A stretch of DNA of 64,000 bases from Schmidtea polychroa (lineage: Eukaryota): assembly GCA_044892525.1 (NCBI GenBank), contig CM097885.1, forward strand, positions 234,982,001-235,046,000, in the 5' to 3' direction. Position 1 is the stretch's first letter. Each line of letters opens with the position of its first letter. Below, one piece after another: positions 9,922 through 19,815 of this stretch. Position numbers and translations under genes: made by a program. The notes beneath the pieces are model-generated. The model was not told the DNA's origin and made no database searches. It saw only the letters and a program-made list of their open reading frames with translations.

Positions 9922-11100
9922 ATGATTAATCAAGAGAGACCGAATATCCGAAAGAAAACGATCACAATGAGAGAGGAAGAGGACAATATGTCACCTAGAG
10001 AAAGAGTGACGGATGCGGAAGTCAGCAAAACAAAACCAAGTAGTTACGCATATTATCGGAGAATGGGAAACGATTATAATTGGGTACACGAAAATTTGAA
10101 ACTGGGAGATAATGAACAATTCAGATGTGAGAACCAGAGATATCTGTCATTTGAACATCAGACCATTTTCACCAAGGAACAGAGCCGAGCGCTAGCACGC
10201 GACGGATTTTTCTTCTCCGGAAAACCAGAGATACCCGATCAAGTAACATGTCGTTTCTGTAAAGGGAAATTAGCAGAATGGAAAAAAGGAGAACACCCAA
10301 AGGAGGAACATCGTAGACGATTCCCAACTTGTCTATTCGTACTGGGATTTGATGTACACAACAAACCGGAAATCAAATACGAAGCCTTGGAGAAATTGAA
10401 AACTGAAGACGAAAAAGGAGGGAAAATGAGCATCGCGATAACCAGAATCGTTGATGAGTATGTTCCAACTTGTGAAGGGGAATTCCTCACGCAAATAGCA
10501 GATAATAGAATGAAAACGTTCGGAGATGATACGAGAGGACCTGAATTAGCAATAAGAGGGTTCTACCTAACAGAAAATCAAATACTAAAGTGTGAAAGAT
10601 GCGAAAGCCAACAGAGATTACCGGAAGAAGGCATACCAGAAATTAGACATCAAGCATGGTGCCTATATCACAACGAACAAGAAACCGAATATCCGGAAGT
10701 ACTAGTAACAGAGGAAGAGGTTGACGAAGTGGTAGACAAACCCAACATGTGCAGAGCGTTGAAAGCAGCCGGAATAGGCACGACAAGGGCAAAGAACATG
10801 ATTAGAGATAAACTACAGAAAAATGTACATATACCAACAACAACGTACGATATGATCAGAGCGATAACCCAGTATAGAGAAAAACCTGAAACAAAAATAA
10901 AAGAAGAATCAATGGTCAAAACAGCTATCTTACGAGATATCAAATGTACTATGTGTTGGGAGAGGAGTGTAGAAGTTATTCATATGCCATGCGGACATTT
11001 GATCGCATGTGCCACATGTAGTAGAAAAGTAAAGGAATGTCCGATGTGCAGACAGAGGATTGCGCAGCGAATCAAAGGATTCCGCTACGCCGATCAATAA
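9922..11100 (+). CDS. Inhibitor-of-apoptosis (IAP) protein: BIR, degenerate BIR, C-terminal RING
   Basis: BIR: RYLSF..LARDGFF..DQVTCRFC..L.EW..EH.RRFPTC. Second BIR-like: RMKTF..LAIRGFY..CERC..H..WC. IAP-type RING: CTMC..MPCGHLIACATC....CPMCR. Confidence 0.93.
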   Translation: MINQERPNIRKKTITMREEEDNMSPRERVTDAEVSKTKPSSYAYYRRMGNDYNWVHENLKLGDNEQFRCENQRYLSFEHQTIFTKEQSRALARDGFFFSGKPEIPDQVTCRFCKGKLAEWKKGEHPKEEHRRRFPTCLFVLGFDVHNKPEIKYEALEKLKTEDEKGGKMSIAITRIVDEYVPTCEGEFLTQIADNRMKTFGDDTRGPELAIRGFYLTENQILKCERCESQQRLPEEGIPEIRHQAWCLYHNEQETEYPEVLVTEEEVDEVVDKPNMCRALKAAGIGTTRAKNMIRDKLQKNVHIPTTTYDMIRAITQYREKPETKIKEESMVKTAILRDIKCTMCWERSVEVIHMPCGHLIACATCSRKVKECPMCRQRIAQRIKGFRYADQ

Positions 11101-11182
11101 CAAAAATTAAAATTCCGTGTATAAAGTGTAGATAATAAATGTATGAAATAATAGTGGTAGTAATAGTGTAATTATTTAGACA

Positions 11183-12781
11183 ATGAATAAAGAATCACAA
11201 ACCTATGTGGAAACCGAGATGCAACAACTCGAACAGTACAAATCCATCATACAAACATACGAAGCAGAAAGAGTAAAGAGAGAAATAGAAATGTACAAAA
11301 CCATGTATGAGAAAAAGCAACAAGAATTAGAAGCGGAGAAGGCGGAAGCACTAGCAACAAAGGAGGAGTGGATGAAACAGGTAGAGGAATTAACCGAGGA
11401 TGTGAGAAATACCTCAACATACCAAGAATTGGAGGAAGAGCTCTCGAATTTACGAACTCAGCGGATTATGGAGATAGTTGGGTTATGCGGAGAGATAATA
11501 ATGCAGAAGGCACAAATTAGGGAAGCAAAGGAGCAATACGAGGAGGAACAGCGTAAAACGGAACGAATAAAACTACAAGCGCAACAATGGAAACTAAAGT
11601 ACGAAACCCTCCAGACAAGGCAGAATGATAGTCACGAACATCAAATACGGAATTACAAGGCCGAACTAGAAGAAGTAAAGGGCAAATGCGCAATGATGAA
11701 AGAAAAATGGGAAAGATGCAAAAAGACCCTAAACGAAGTCAGAGGGCAAGGGAGGAGAACACCGCATAGAGAACCAATTGTTAGAGATAACGTATTAGAG
11801 CGAATTAACACACAAATAAAGATACAAGCCCAGAAATGGAAGTATAAATACCTAGGAAGTCAAACTCAAGTGCTCTATTGGAAAATCAGTAGCAAGGAAC
11901 AACTGCGATTACGAAAAGCAGACCAAGAATTTTACGAAACAAGAGCTGCACAGCGAGAAGAAGAGGAAGTAGAGTGGAGAAAACGACAGCAGAAAACTGA
12001 GGAAACCGAAAAGTGTCTCAAGCATCAAGCCCGAAAATGGAAAAAGAATTGGAAAGAGACCAAAGAGGAGTTAAGACAGTTACCAATAAAACTGATGGAA
12101 AGAGACGAATTTAAAATATGGGAAACGATAGAAAACCAAAAAGATGAGATCAGCCGATTGAGTAGAGAACATAGAATCAAGACGCGGATCAGCGACGGTA
12201 GACAGAGAATCATAAAGAAACAGACTCGAGAAATAAGAAGGTATGAATTCCAGGAAAAGAGATGGGAACAACAATTGACAGACCAAGATCGACAGATCCG
12301 ACAATTACAAACCGAAGTGGAAGAAGCCAATCAAGAGATGAACGGATATAAAGGTATGTACACCCAAAGGGATGTGAATTGGAAGCACCAGATTGAGCTT
12401 AATGCGAAATATAGAGAGGAGTGCGACAAGACAATTCAACAAACCAAACAGGAAACCGAGATAATAAAACGATGCTTCGAAGAAAATGAAGCAAATTTGA
12501 GAGCGGAAATTGAGAAACTAAAAACGCTCGAAAGAACCCAACGATTGGAAGAGGAATTAAACGAAATGATAGAAAACGAAGGTAGATTAACGTTTTTATT
12601 GGATGAGGAAATAAACATCTCAACGGAACTACGAGAGGAAATAGATCGGTTAAGGAGACAACCACCAATATTATTAATGCCACTCTACCCGTTCCCGTTG
12701 CAAGTGCCACAGCCTGCCGAAGTCACCACAGATGAAGGCTTCGATGAAAATAACGAACAAAATAACGCAACATGGATTTAG
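11183..12781 (+). CDS. Long coiled-coil protein (532 aa) with repeated QAxxWK motif
   Basis: E/K/Q/R-rich heptads throughout; KLQAQQWKLKY, KIQAQKWKYKY, KHQARKWKKNW; Pro-rich tail. No ATPase motifs. Confidence 0.8.
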   Translation: MNKESQTYVETEMQQLEQYKSIIQTYEAERVKREIEMYKTMYEKKQQELEAEKAEALATKEEWMKQVEELTEDVRNTSTYQELEEELSNLRTQRIMEIVGLCGEIIMQKAQIREAKEQYEEEQRKTERIKLQAQQWKLKYETLQTRQNDSHEHQIRNYKAELEEVKGKCAMMKEKWERCKKTLNEVRGQGRRTPHREPIVRDNVLERINTQIKIQAQKWKYKYLGSQTQVLYWKISSKEQLRLRKADQEFYETRAAQREEEEVEWRKRQQKTEETEKCLKHQARKWKKNWKETKEELRQLPIKLMERDEFKIWETIENQKDEISRLSREHRIKTRISDGRQRIIKKQTREIRRYEFQEKRWEQQLTDQDRQIRQLQTEVEEANQEMNGYKGMYTQRDVNWKHQIELNAKYREECDKTIQQTKQETEIIKRCFEENEANLRAEIEKLKTLERTQRLEEELNEMIENEGRLTFLLDEEINISTELREEIDRLRRQPPILLMPLYPFPLQVPQPAEVTTDEGFDENNEQNNATWI

Positions 12782-12921
12782 TCGAAGGGAGATGTTGCCT
12801 GTAAATAAAAAAAAAAAAAAAAAAAAAAACATAAAACCAAAACCAAATAAAAATTACAAAACCAAAAAATTCAGAATAAAAAGAAGACAAAAGGAAATAT
12901 GATATGTATATTTTTGTAGAT

Positions 12922-13689
12922 ATGAATTATTTAAAAGAAAGAGAATCAACGAGTAACGAAGGAAAGTCAAACGACCAACCTGAACAAAACCAGGATATGA
13001 TACCAATCAAACAAGAACCGATGAAATATTATAGCAATAAATGGAGAGTCAGCAAGAAGTTGTTCAAATTAAAGATTGCAAATCAAAATGTAGAGATTAC
13101 GAGATTGAGGCAGCATATTGTTCAATCAAGACGATTAATAAACACTGTCAAGCAAGAAATTTTGAGGGAAATAAAGGAATCGAAACGAAAAGAGACAGAA
13201 AATAAAAACCTGAGACAAGAGATAGTAGAGTTGAGAGCTCAGGCAGTAATCGAAGATTATTGGAAATCAGAAACAAGGAAATTGAAAAAGATTGTGAATA
13301 TCGACCAAGTCTATATCGAGCAGTTAGAAGCACAATATGCTTATGCAAAAACAAGAGTGCGAGAAAGTAAAAAAGTCGAGAAGAGAAATGTAAAACTCAA
13401 GGAAGAGATCAAGGAACAAAGAGAGGAAACAGAAAAACAATGGAAGTTGAAAGAAAATTACCGGAGAATCTTAAATCAAAAACGACGAAGCATGCAAGCA
13501 TTGCAGACGGCAATAACCATCAAGCAGAGAAAATGGAAAAGTAAAGAGAAGCAATTACAAGAAATACCAGAATTAAAGAGACAGTTGATAGCAACGCAAC
13601 TCGAAGTAATAAGAATGAACGAGTTGAGCAAAAGACGAGCACCTGAACCTCCCGTAAAATTAAGGGATGAGGTCGGTGGCTCCCAATAA
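12922..13689 (+). CDS. Basic coiled-coil protein (~255 aa), unknown function
   Basis: ORF 12904..13689. The in-frame ATG at 12922 follows an acceptor-like TTTTTGTAG and is preferred as start. Confidence 0.75.
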   Translation: MNYLKERESTSNEGKSNDQPEQNQDMIPIKQEPMKYYSNKWRVSKKLFKLKIANQNVEITRLRQHIVQSRRLINTVKQEILREIKESKRKETENKNLRQEIVELRAQAVIEDYWKSETRKLKKIVNIDQVYIEQLEAQYAYAKTRVRESKKVEKRNVKLKEEIKEQREETEKQWKLKENYRRILNQKRRSMQALQTAITIKQRKWKSKEKQLQEIPELKRQLIATQLEVIRMNELSKRRAPEPPVKLRDEVGGSQ

Positions 13690-13765
13690 ATGAGACAAAA
13701 TAACCGTGTAAATAAATTGTAAATAAAGCCAAGTAATTATTATTAACATATATGTATATGTAAAG

Positions 13766-14752
13766 ATGAGAAGCCTAATCGTGATGATGATTATAATGAC
13801 AATGCCAAAAATCCTGCAAGCAGAAGAATCAATGATCAGATGCCAGAAAGAATACCCATATCGCAGAGAAGATAGTACATGTAGTAGCTTTAAATCGATC
13901 TGCGAAAAACCCAATGAGGAATGCGAACAAATCAAGTTACAATGTTCGCAATGTCCACAAACAACTGAAAGTTCGACGGAAGTGCAAATGGCTCAGACAA
14001 TAAAAACAATGTTAGAACAAGAAATGAAAGTTATCAGAACCCAGATAGCAACATTAGCCAAACAATGTCAAAGTCAGAAATCAAAGAGAGAATCCCAAAC
14101 AGATCCAGCCGCAATGAGAATGATGGTAATAATATTAGAGGAAATAAAACAACAGGTAACAGCAACCGCCTATGGACGTTCAAGCAATTGCGAAACAGTA
14201 GTAAAATCTTTGGAGGAAATGAAAGGAAAAATAACTTCCATCATCAAAGAGGAACCCAGCATTAAAAATGAGGTAACGAAAACCTTGAAAGAAATGACAA
14301 GGGAAATCCTAACTACCATAAACAAAAACCCAACGAACTCCGAGAAGATGATTAAAACCCTTGAGGCAATAAAGAAAGTTGTCACCTCAGAAGAAAACAA
14401 ATTCAATAAGCCCGAAAAATCAGAAACGGCGGATACAACCCAATTAAAAGAAATTATGAACAAACCCAAAGTAATAGAACCGAGAGAGTCTGAATCCCTC
14501 ACAATATTGATCCTATTAGCGGCGAGCCTAATGATAAACATCACCGTACTGAGCCTGATTGCACTCAAACCCAATTCCAGTAAAGAAAGAAACAAAACCC
14601 TCAAACTAAAGGAACAATCAAGAAGTATTCGTATCCCAATGGAAGAACAGCTAGTCCAAACAACGAACCAACCAAGCTACTTCAAATCTTCCCCAAACAT
14701 TGAAACCAGAGCCGTCATCGAGACGAGATCCCGAACAACCGAATTTTATTAA
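13766..14752 (+). CDS. Type I membrane protein, TNFR-superfamily-like (signal peptide, one Cys-rich domain, helical-repeat stalk, TM, tail with PMEE)
   Basis: Hydrophobic N-terminus; C-x12-C-x6-C-x6-C-x6-C-x2-C at 13841-13954; TM ILILLAASLMINITVLSLIAL (~14504-14566); PMEE at 14636-14647. Membrane topology is well supported; the TNFR link is inferred. Confidence 0.7.
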   Translation: MRSLIVMMIIMTMPKILQAEESMIRCQKEYPYRREDSTCSSFKSICEKPNEECEQIKLQCSQCPQTTESSTEVQMAQTIKTMLEQEMKVIRTQIATLAKQCQSQKSKRESQTDPAAMRMMVIILEEIKQQVTATAYGRSSNCETVVKSLEEMKGKITSIIKEEPSIKNEVTKTLKEMTREILTTINKNPTNSEKMIKTLEAIKKVVTSEENKFNKPEKSETADTTQLKEIMNKPKVIEPRESESLTILILLAASLMINITVLSLIALKPNSSKERNKTLKLKEQSRSIRIPMEEQLVQTTNQPSYFKSSPNIETRAVIETRSRTTEFY

Positions 14753-16859
14753 TGTGACATCACGACAGTATAAACATTTCATGACATTATAAAACATTAT
14801 CAAACAATCATGATTTCAAAGACTGAGACTGATTGTGACTAATAACATTGATTCTTGAGCATGATAATTTTATTTTTGTGTGGACCGACCTCGGTCGTTC
14901 TTTTCTTCATCTTTCAACCCATCCGTAGAATGTAGTATAATAGTAGCCTTTTTATGTATGTGGGTATTGAGGTCACGACCCTGTAGCTCGTAGACCCAAT
15001 TTGCATGTAGGCACTTGTAATATAGTGCAAGTATTCTGAAAAATAATTTTCTTCATCTTGTGATTTAAATTGCGGGTCGCAATTTTATGGGCCCCCGAGT
15101 GTTTTATGTTGGGCTAGAACTGACTTCTAGACCCAAACTTGAATTGTGACTGAAAGGTGCAGGTACACAACATGCAAAAGCAAGACGTTTAGCTAAATAT
15201 TAAAATTACATCAAATAAACAATATTAACTAAAGGAGAAAGCAACAAAAACATAAACAAAGAAATTAAACAAAATTATACAAAAGCAAGAAGTGATGCAA
15301 AAATCTAACTCAAAAATAACCAAATAAACACAGAGTTACAAAAAACAGACTCGAATAACTTAAAAGACGATAAAAACAGTAAAACATTCCAGAAAAACCC
15401 AGAACATTCTATAAAAATGGCGATGACCATCACAAAAGTTATCTAGAACAATAAAAGTTAGAGAAAATAAATAAATTAGTATTAAAAATAATAAATCTTT
15501 AAAAGAAATTCACAAAACATCAGTTAAAATAAAAATTAAATTAAAAATAAAATAGAATGTTCTGGAACCGTTCCAAATCCATCATGGACGTAAAATTAAT
15601 GAAAAATAATTAAAAAATAAAAATATAAAAATAAAAACAAAAATTATGGCACAAAAATCGCCATTAAAAATAGCAAAATCGTAAAATAGAAAATTCTGGA
15701 ATAAAAAGAATTCGAGTTTGTTTTAATGCATCAATACATACACGTGTACTAAATAGGTATATATACTGACACGTTTCAGTCACAATCAATCACTTTTTTA
15801 TGCCAAATTTTTGTGACGAAATTTCCAAAATCGATAGTAAGCATTGATCTTTATTTGTATATTAATTGTTTAATTATATAGATGGTATTTTGAATTTATT
15901 TTTGCTTAAAATTTTTTGCGATGTATGAGTGATCAACGGCGTACTGGTATTCCTGCGTCGTTGTTCGGTCCTGCATCCAATTTATTAAAATCGTTATTAA
16001 CAGGACATGCAGACACGCATTATCATTATTATAGTGATATTTATTATATGATTTCTTTTTGTTCGGGTCAGCCGGAGGTCGAACTACTTCATGGTCCTGC
16101 CATGGAGTTAGGTCGAGGAAACCCTCCGCCTGACTCTTCGTATTTATTTAAGGTCAGCCGTAAATGGTTGACTTAGCACACAACACTAAGGTTTGTGGAC
16201 GTGGTCACAGTGGGGCCATGGAAGCAATATTCTTCCCGACTCATTGCGTAATATACAATTAAACTCAACACTTAAAATCCTGAACAATAACTCTACACTA
16301 AGGTTCTAATTTGAGTAGAGCTCGTACCTAAAATTACACAATTCTACACTCACATTAATGTAGCTAGTTGATTCATAATGGTAATTTCAATTATACTTAG
16401 ATATATGCCGAACTAGATTTTGTAGTAAGGATCTTTGATAAAGTAATAGAAATAAGAGAGATATTCGGCATACGTACAGGTATAACTTGATCTAGATATG
16501 CTGATTCCGAGTAAAGATAGACATTTTAAATCTAGTTCCCACTTTAAAATGTTTGTAAATGTGTAGGCTCTTAGTTGTAATACTCTTGTTGTTAACTATA
16601 AAACTATAAGTTATAAATAATTACGATAGCTAGGTACAAATCACGTCGATCCTGAAAATGTAAATTGTTAATGGAGAAAGTCTGATCAGAGATAGTAGTA
16701 AACAATTTTTCGTATAAAAATCAACTTAGGATTGGTTACAGATAGGCGATAGACGCGCTAGAACCCTGAAGTTTAATCCACAAATAGGACCAGGAAATCT
16801 GTAAGTACTGCGGGAAAACAATGTTGATCATAGAAAGGAAGTTGTAAGAAGTATATTCC

Positions 16860-17470
16860 GTCGACTAAAAATTTCAAATTATAAAGTATGAAAATACGAA
16901 TTACAAAAGTATAAATTTTAGATTATAAACTTATAAATTATAAGTTAAGCAATTATAACTTATAAAATATGAATGTATAAATTTCAAAATATGAAATTAT
17001 AATTATAAATTACAAGATTGTAAATCCCTAAATTGAAAAATTTTAAATTATAAATCGAAAATTATCAAAGTATAAATTATAAAACATAAATTTATAATTT
17101 TAAAACATGGGATTATAAAATTATAGTTATCATAATCCTGATCACTTCCCTTGTTATTACTATTAGCAGTATCAACATTATCATTACTATTAGTATTATT
17201 ATTCTTATTCTTATTATTATTATATTATTATTATCATTATTATGAATATCATAATTAGCATTATTATTATTATCATCATTATCAGTACCATTATAAAAAT
17301 TTATTATTATTCTTGTTATTATTATTATTAGTATTATTATTATTACCATTATTAAAATTTATTATTATTCTTATTATTATTACTATCATTGCTATTATTA
17401 ATATTATTATTATCATTATTATTATTATTATTGGCATCGTTATTTCATTGTTATTATTATTGGTATTATT
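16860..17470. repeat. Low-complexity AAATTAT-like repeats followed by degenerate (ATT)n
   Basis: Directly visible short-period repeats. Confidence 0.85.
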
Positions 17471-17986
17471 ACAGTTAACTACAAAAAATCGATATCCCAA
17501 TCCGATATCGATCACCTGGAAATTTAGAAATTAGCAAATTAAATAAATTACTTGTATGCAGAGCAAACCACTCATAACGAGCACAACCGAAGGAAAGGTA
17601 AGCAGACGAAGAGCTTAGTTCGTTGCTAGTACCTGTCGCCCCAGCGTGCCCGAATTTAGTGGCCTAAAAATGACGATCAAAAAAGAAAAAAATTCACATT
17701 TTATTAACATATAAATTAAAATTTATAAATAGTAATTAAAATTACTACTCAGTGGTAAACAAAATTTTGAATGGAAATGATTAATTTAAACAAACGAATT
17801 TTGACGAAATTTTTTTTTTGTGTTTGTTTTGATAAAGTAGGAAATCTTATTCCACTACTCCTAAGCTTATAGATGTTAGTCTTAAAATAAAATATTTTTT
17901 TTTAAAGGGAAAAAGGGTCAACAAAATCTTGTGGTTGACGTCGTATCTCAATCAGTATAGAGGGGCTTGATTATTATTTTGTAGAA

Positions 17987-18352
17987 ATGTCCTACTCTGA
18001 CAGCGATAGCCACGAAGAAGCCGACCGACAGATGCTTACCAGACTCCGTACACGGTACATATGGCACCGTATCCATGATTGGAATCGGGGTTTGGACCTC
18101 GACAACTTTGGCCCAGTAATCAGGAGTGGGCCGGAGCCGGATGCTCCGGCGTGGGTAAAAACAGAGCCCACAAACGATTTTTTGCAAGAGGCCCGCGACC
18201 GAGCGGCCATCGAGGTAGAAGCAGCTCAGATGCGACTCAAGAAGATCGAGCTACAAATCCAAGCAGAAAAAGAGGGAAAAACCGTGGAGGACCTAGAAGA
18301 GGCCGAGGCAACCCCGCGGAAGAGGGGAAGGCCTCGCAAGCGACTGAACTGA
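17987..18352 (+). CDS. 121-aa protein with C-terminal AT-hook/NLS
   Basis: TPRKRGRPRKR at C-terminus; SUMO-consensus VKTE; GC-rich coding island preceded by acceptor TTATTTTGTAG (ends 17984). Confidence 0.65.
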   Translation: MSYSDSDSHEEADRQMLTRLRTRYIWHRIHDWNRGLDLDNFGPVIRSGPEPDAPAWVKTEPTNDFLQEARDRAAIEVEAAQMRLKKIELQIQAEKEGKTVEDLEEAEATPRKRGRPRKRLN

Positions 18353-18561
18353 CTCATCGTCAAAATTTTGTTTTTGCAAATTATCATTCAGTTGTGACTT
18401 TATTAAACTTTGATTTTAGTGATAATTATTTCAGTCCTTTTAATAAATCATCTTGTGTATTGCGTGCTTAACATCCGAAACTATGTTTATTTATAATATT
18501 GATTTTATTTTATGATTGAATGAATAGTATGCTGCAAGAATATAATCGTTGAATTTATCTA

Positions 18562-19032
18562 GTGTTCAAACTATTGGAAAATCTGCGAAGAGATAGGGCA
18601 GAAGCTCAAAAACAGTCCGAGGAGCTCCGCATACGAGTAGACAAGCTCAAGGGACGGTGCCGGGAACTAGAAAGCACCTGGTTTAGTCCCGAGGATATGA
18701 AAAAGAAGGTGGCGCAGGTCCTTCAACTGCAGACTCAAGCTGCGCAGGATCAGATGGAGATCCGGGCACTGAAACTCCAGCTCCGCGCGTTAAAAACCGA
18801 ACGCAATGAACAAGTAGTTCACGGAGCCGCCATAAGCCAAATCCGGCCGTTGACCGTGGAACTAGCAGCAATATACCCCCCGGCCGCGAAAGAGAAACCC
18901 AAAAGAAAGCGGTTAGGCCGAAATATTCGGGAAAAATTGAAGAAAGCTAGACTGGCCGAATACGAGCGACAAGCAAATTCGTCACTAGCAGCTGCGACGG
19001 AATTGGCCAGTCCTACCAATAAGCCTGTTTGA
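18562..19032 (+). CDS. Coiled-coil protein with basic NLS-like patch (no ATG at start; probably an exon)
   Basis: GC-rich ORF preceded by TTTATCTAG; KPKRKRLGRNIREKLKKARL. Confidence 0.5.
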   Translation: MFKLLENLRRDRAEAQKQSEELRIRVDKLKGRCRELESTWFSPEDMKKKVAQVLQLQTQAAQDQMEIRALKLQLRALKTERNEQVVHGAAISQIRPLTVELAAIYPPAAKEKPKRKRLGRNIREKLKKARLAEYERQANSSLAAATELASPTNKPV

Positions 19033-19680
19033 ACTTATACTCGGTTTTAGGTGTTTTGTAGTATTTTTACGTATTGTGGTAGTCTTCAAATAATATGTTC
19101 CTTGTTAAAATACTGCACGTTTTGTGGTGATAAAATAATGACTAGTACAGTTTATGATTGCCTGGGAAATGAGAGTTTGTGCATAAGGTTGGGAAAACAA
19201 TTTTGATAAAGGGACCTGAGAAATCGGACACACACCTTCTATCGGTAGTCCGTGAACCCACGGAGTACTCGACAACTATAGTGCTTTGATGCGCTCACTT
19301 TTTGCGAGTACTCAACCCTTGGTACAGTACCAACGTTGATCACTCAACGGGTACCAAGCGGAAAAACAATGTTGTATTTTGGGTTACGCTGGTAACAGCA
19401 CTCAATCATTCAACCACCAGTAACCCACCATATGAAAGGAAAAGTTACGATAGTTCCCCCCCCCAACTTTGGTTTGTCACTTATACTTACTCTTTCACCT
19501 GACTGTTAGTAAATGATATAAAAAATTTCTTAGTCCAAATAAACAAATCATCGAAGAAATTTTTTTATTATAAATTTATTTGAATTTGAAATGACACTTA
19601 TATAAAACTTATTATTAAAAGAATTGTCTGTAAAAAATATGGTATTTTTGTGTGTTCTGAAATTTTCTTGCGGCACACAG

Positions 19681-19815
19681 TTGACAAAACATTAGAAAAC
19701 AAGTTTTAATAAATATTAACATTATGCTTTGTGGAGTGCTTTCTCCTATCTTAGAAAATACTCCACAAAGTATAATGTTAGTATCTATTAAAAGTTTTTT
19801 CTAATCTTTTGTCAA
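19681..19815. repeat. Imperfect ~60-bp-arm hairpin / MITE remnant
   Basis: TTGACAAAACATTAGAAAA..CTTTGTGGAGT pairs with ACTCCACAAAG..TTTTCTAATCTTTTGTCAA. Confidence 0.7.

Larger units (their letters stand above)
1..19500 (+). mobile_element. Giant Ty3/Gypsy LTR retroelement, 3' part (gag and 5' LTR outside window; right boundary approximate)
   Basis: PR-RT-RH-IN order in ORF 2..7663. Seven tightly packed co-oriented ORFs with uniform A/purine-rich plus-strand composition to 14752. A long LTR-like region follows, part of which has a diverged relative at ~53200-53900. Confidence 0.85.
15100..19500 (+). repeat. Putative long 3' LTR of the giant retroelement (boundaries unverified)
   Basis: TG start right after a hairpin plus GGGCCCCCGAG; 15450-16320 resembles 53200-53900. 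The partner LTR and TSD are outside the window. Confidence 0.4.

Noticed and set aside
11183..12781. SMC or myosin assignment
   Set aside because: Only generic coiled coil; no Walker motifs, hinge or motor domain.
7664..12800. Prokaryotic operon or prophage reading (GGAG/AGGAG tracts between ORFs)
   Set aside because: The purine tracts follow stop codons rather than precede starts; the proteins and context are eukaryotic.
119..14604. Numerous minus-strand ORFs over the giant element (e.g. 8509..9411, 1282..1743)
   Set aside because: Antisense shadows of A-rich coding sequence; hydrophobic/Ser-rich with no motifs.
17634..17653. TGTCGCCCCAGCGTG as a tRNA-Lys primer-binding site
   Set aside because: Lacks the TGG start, has several mismatches, and no gag follows.
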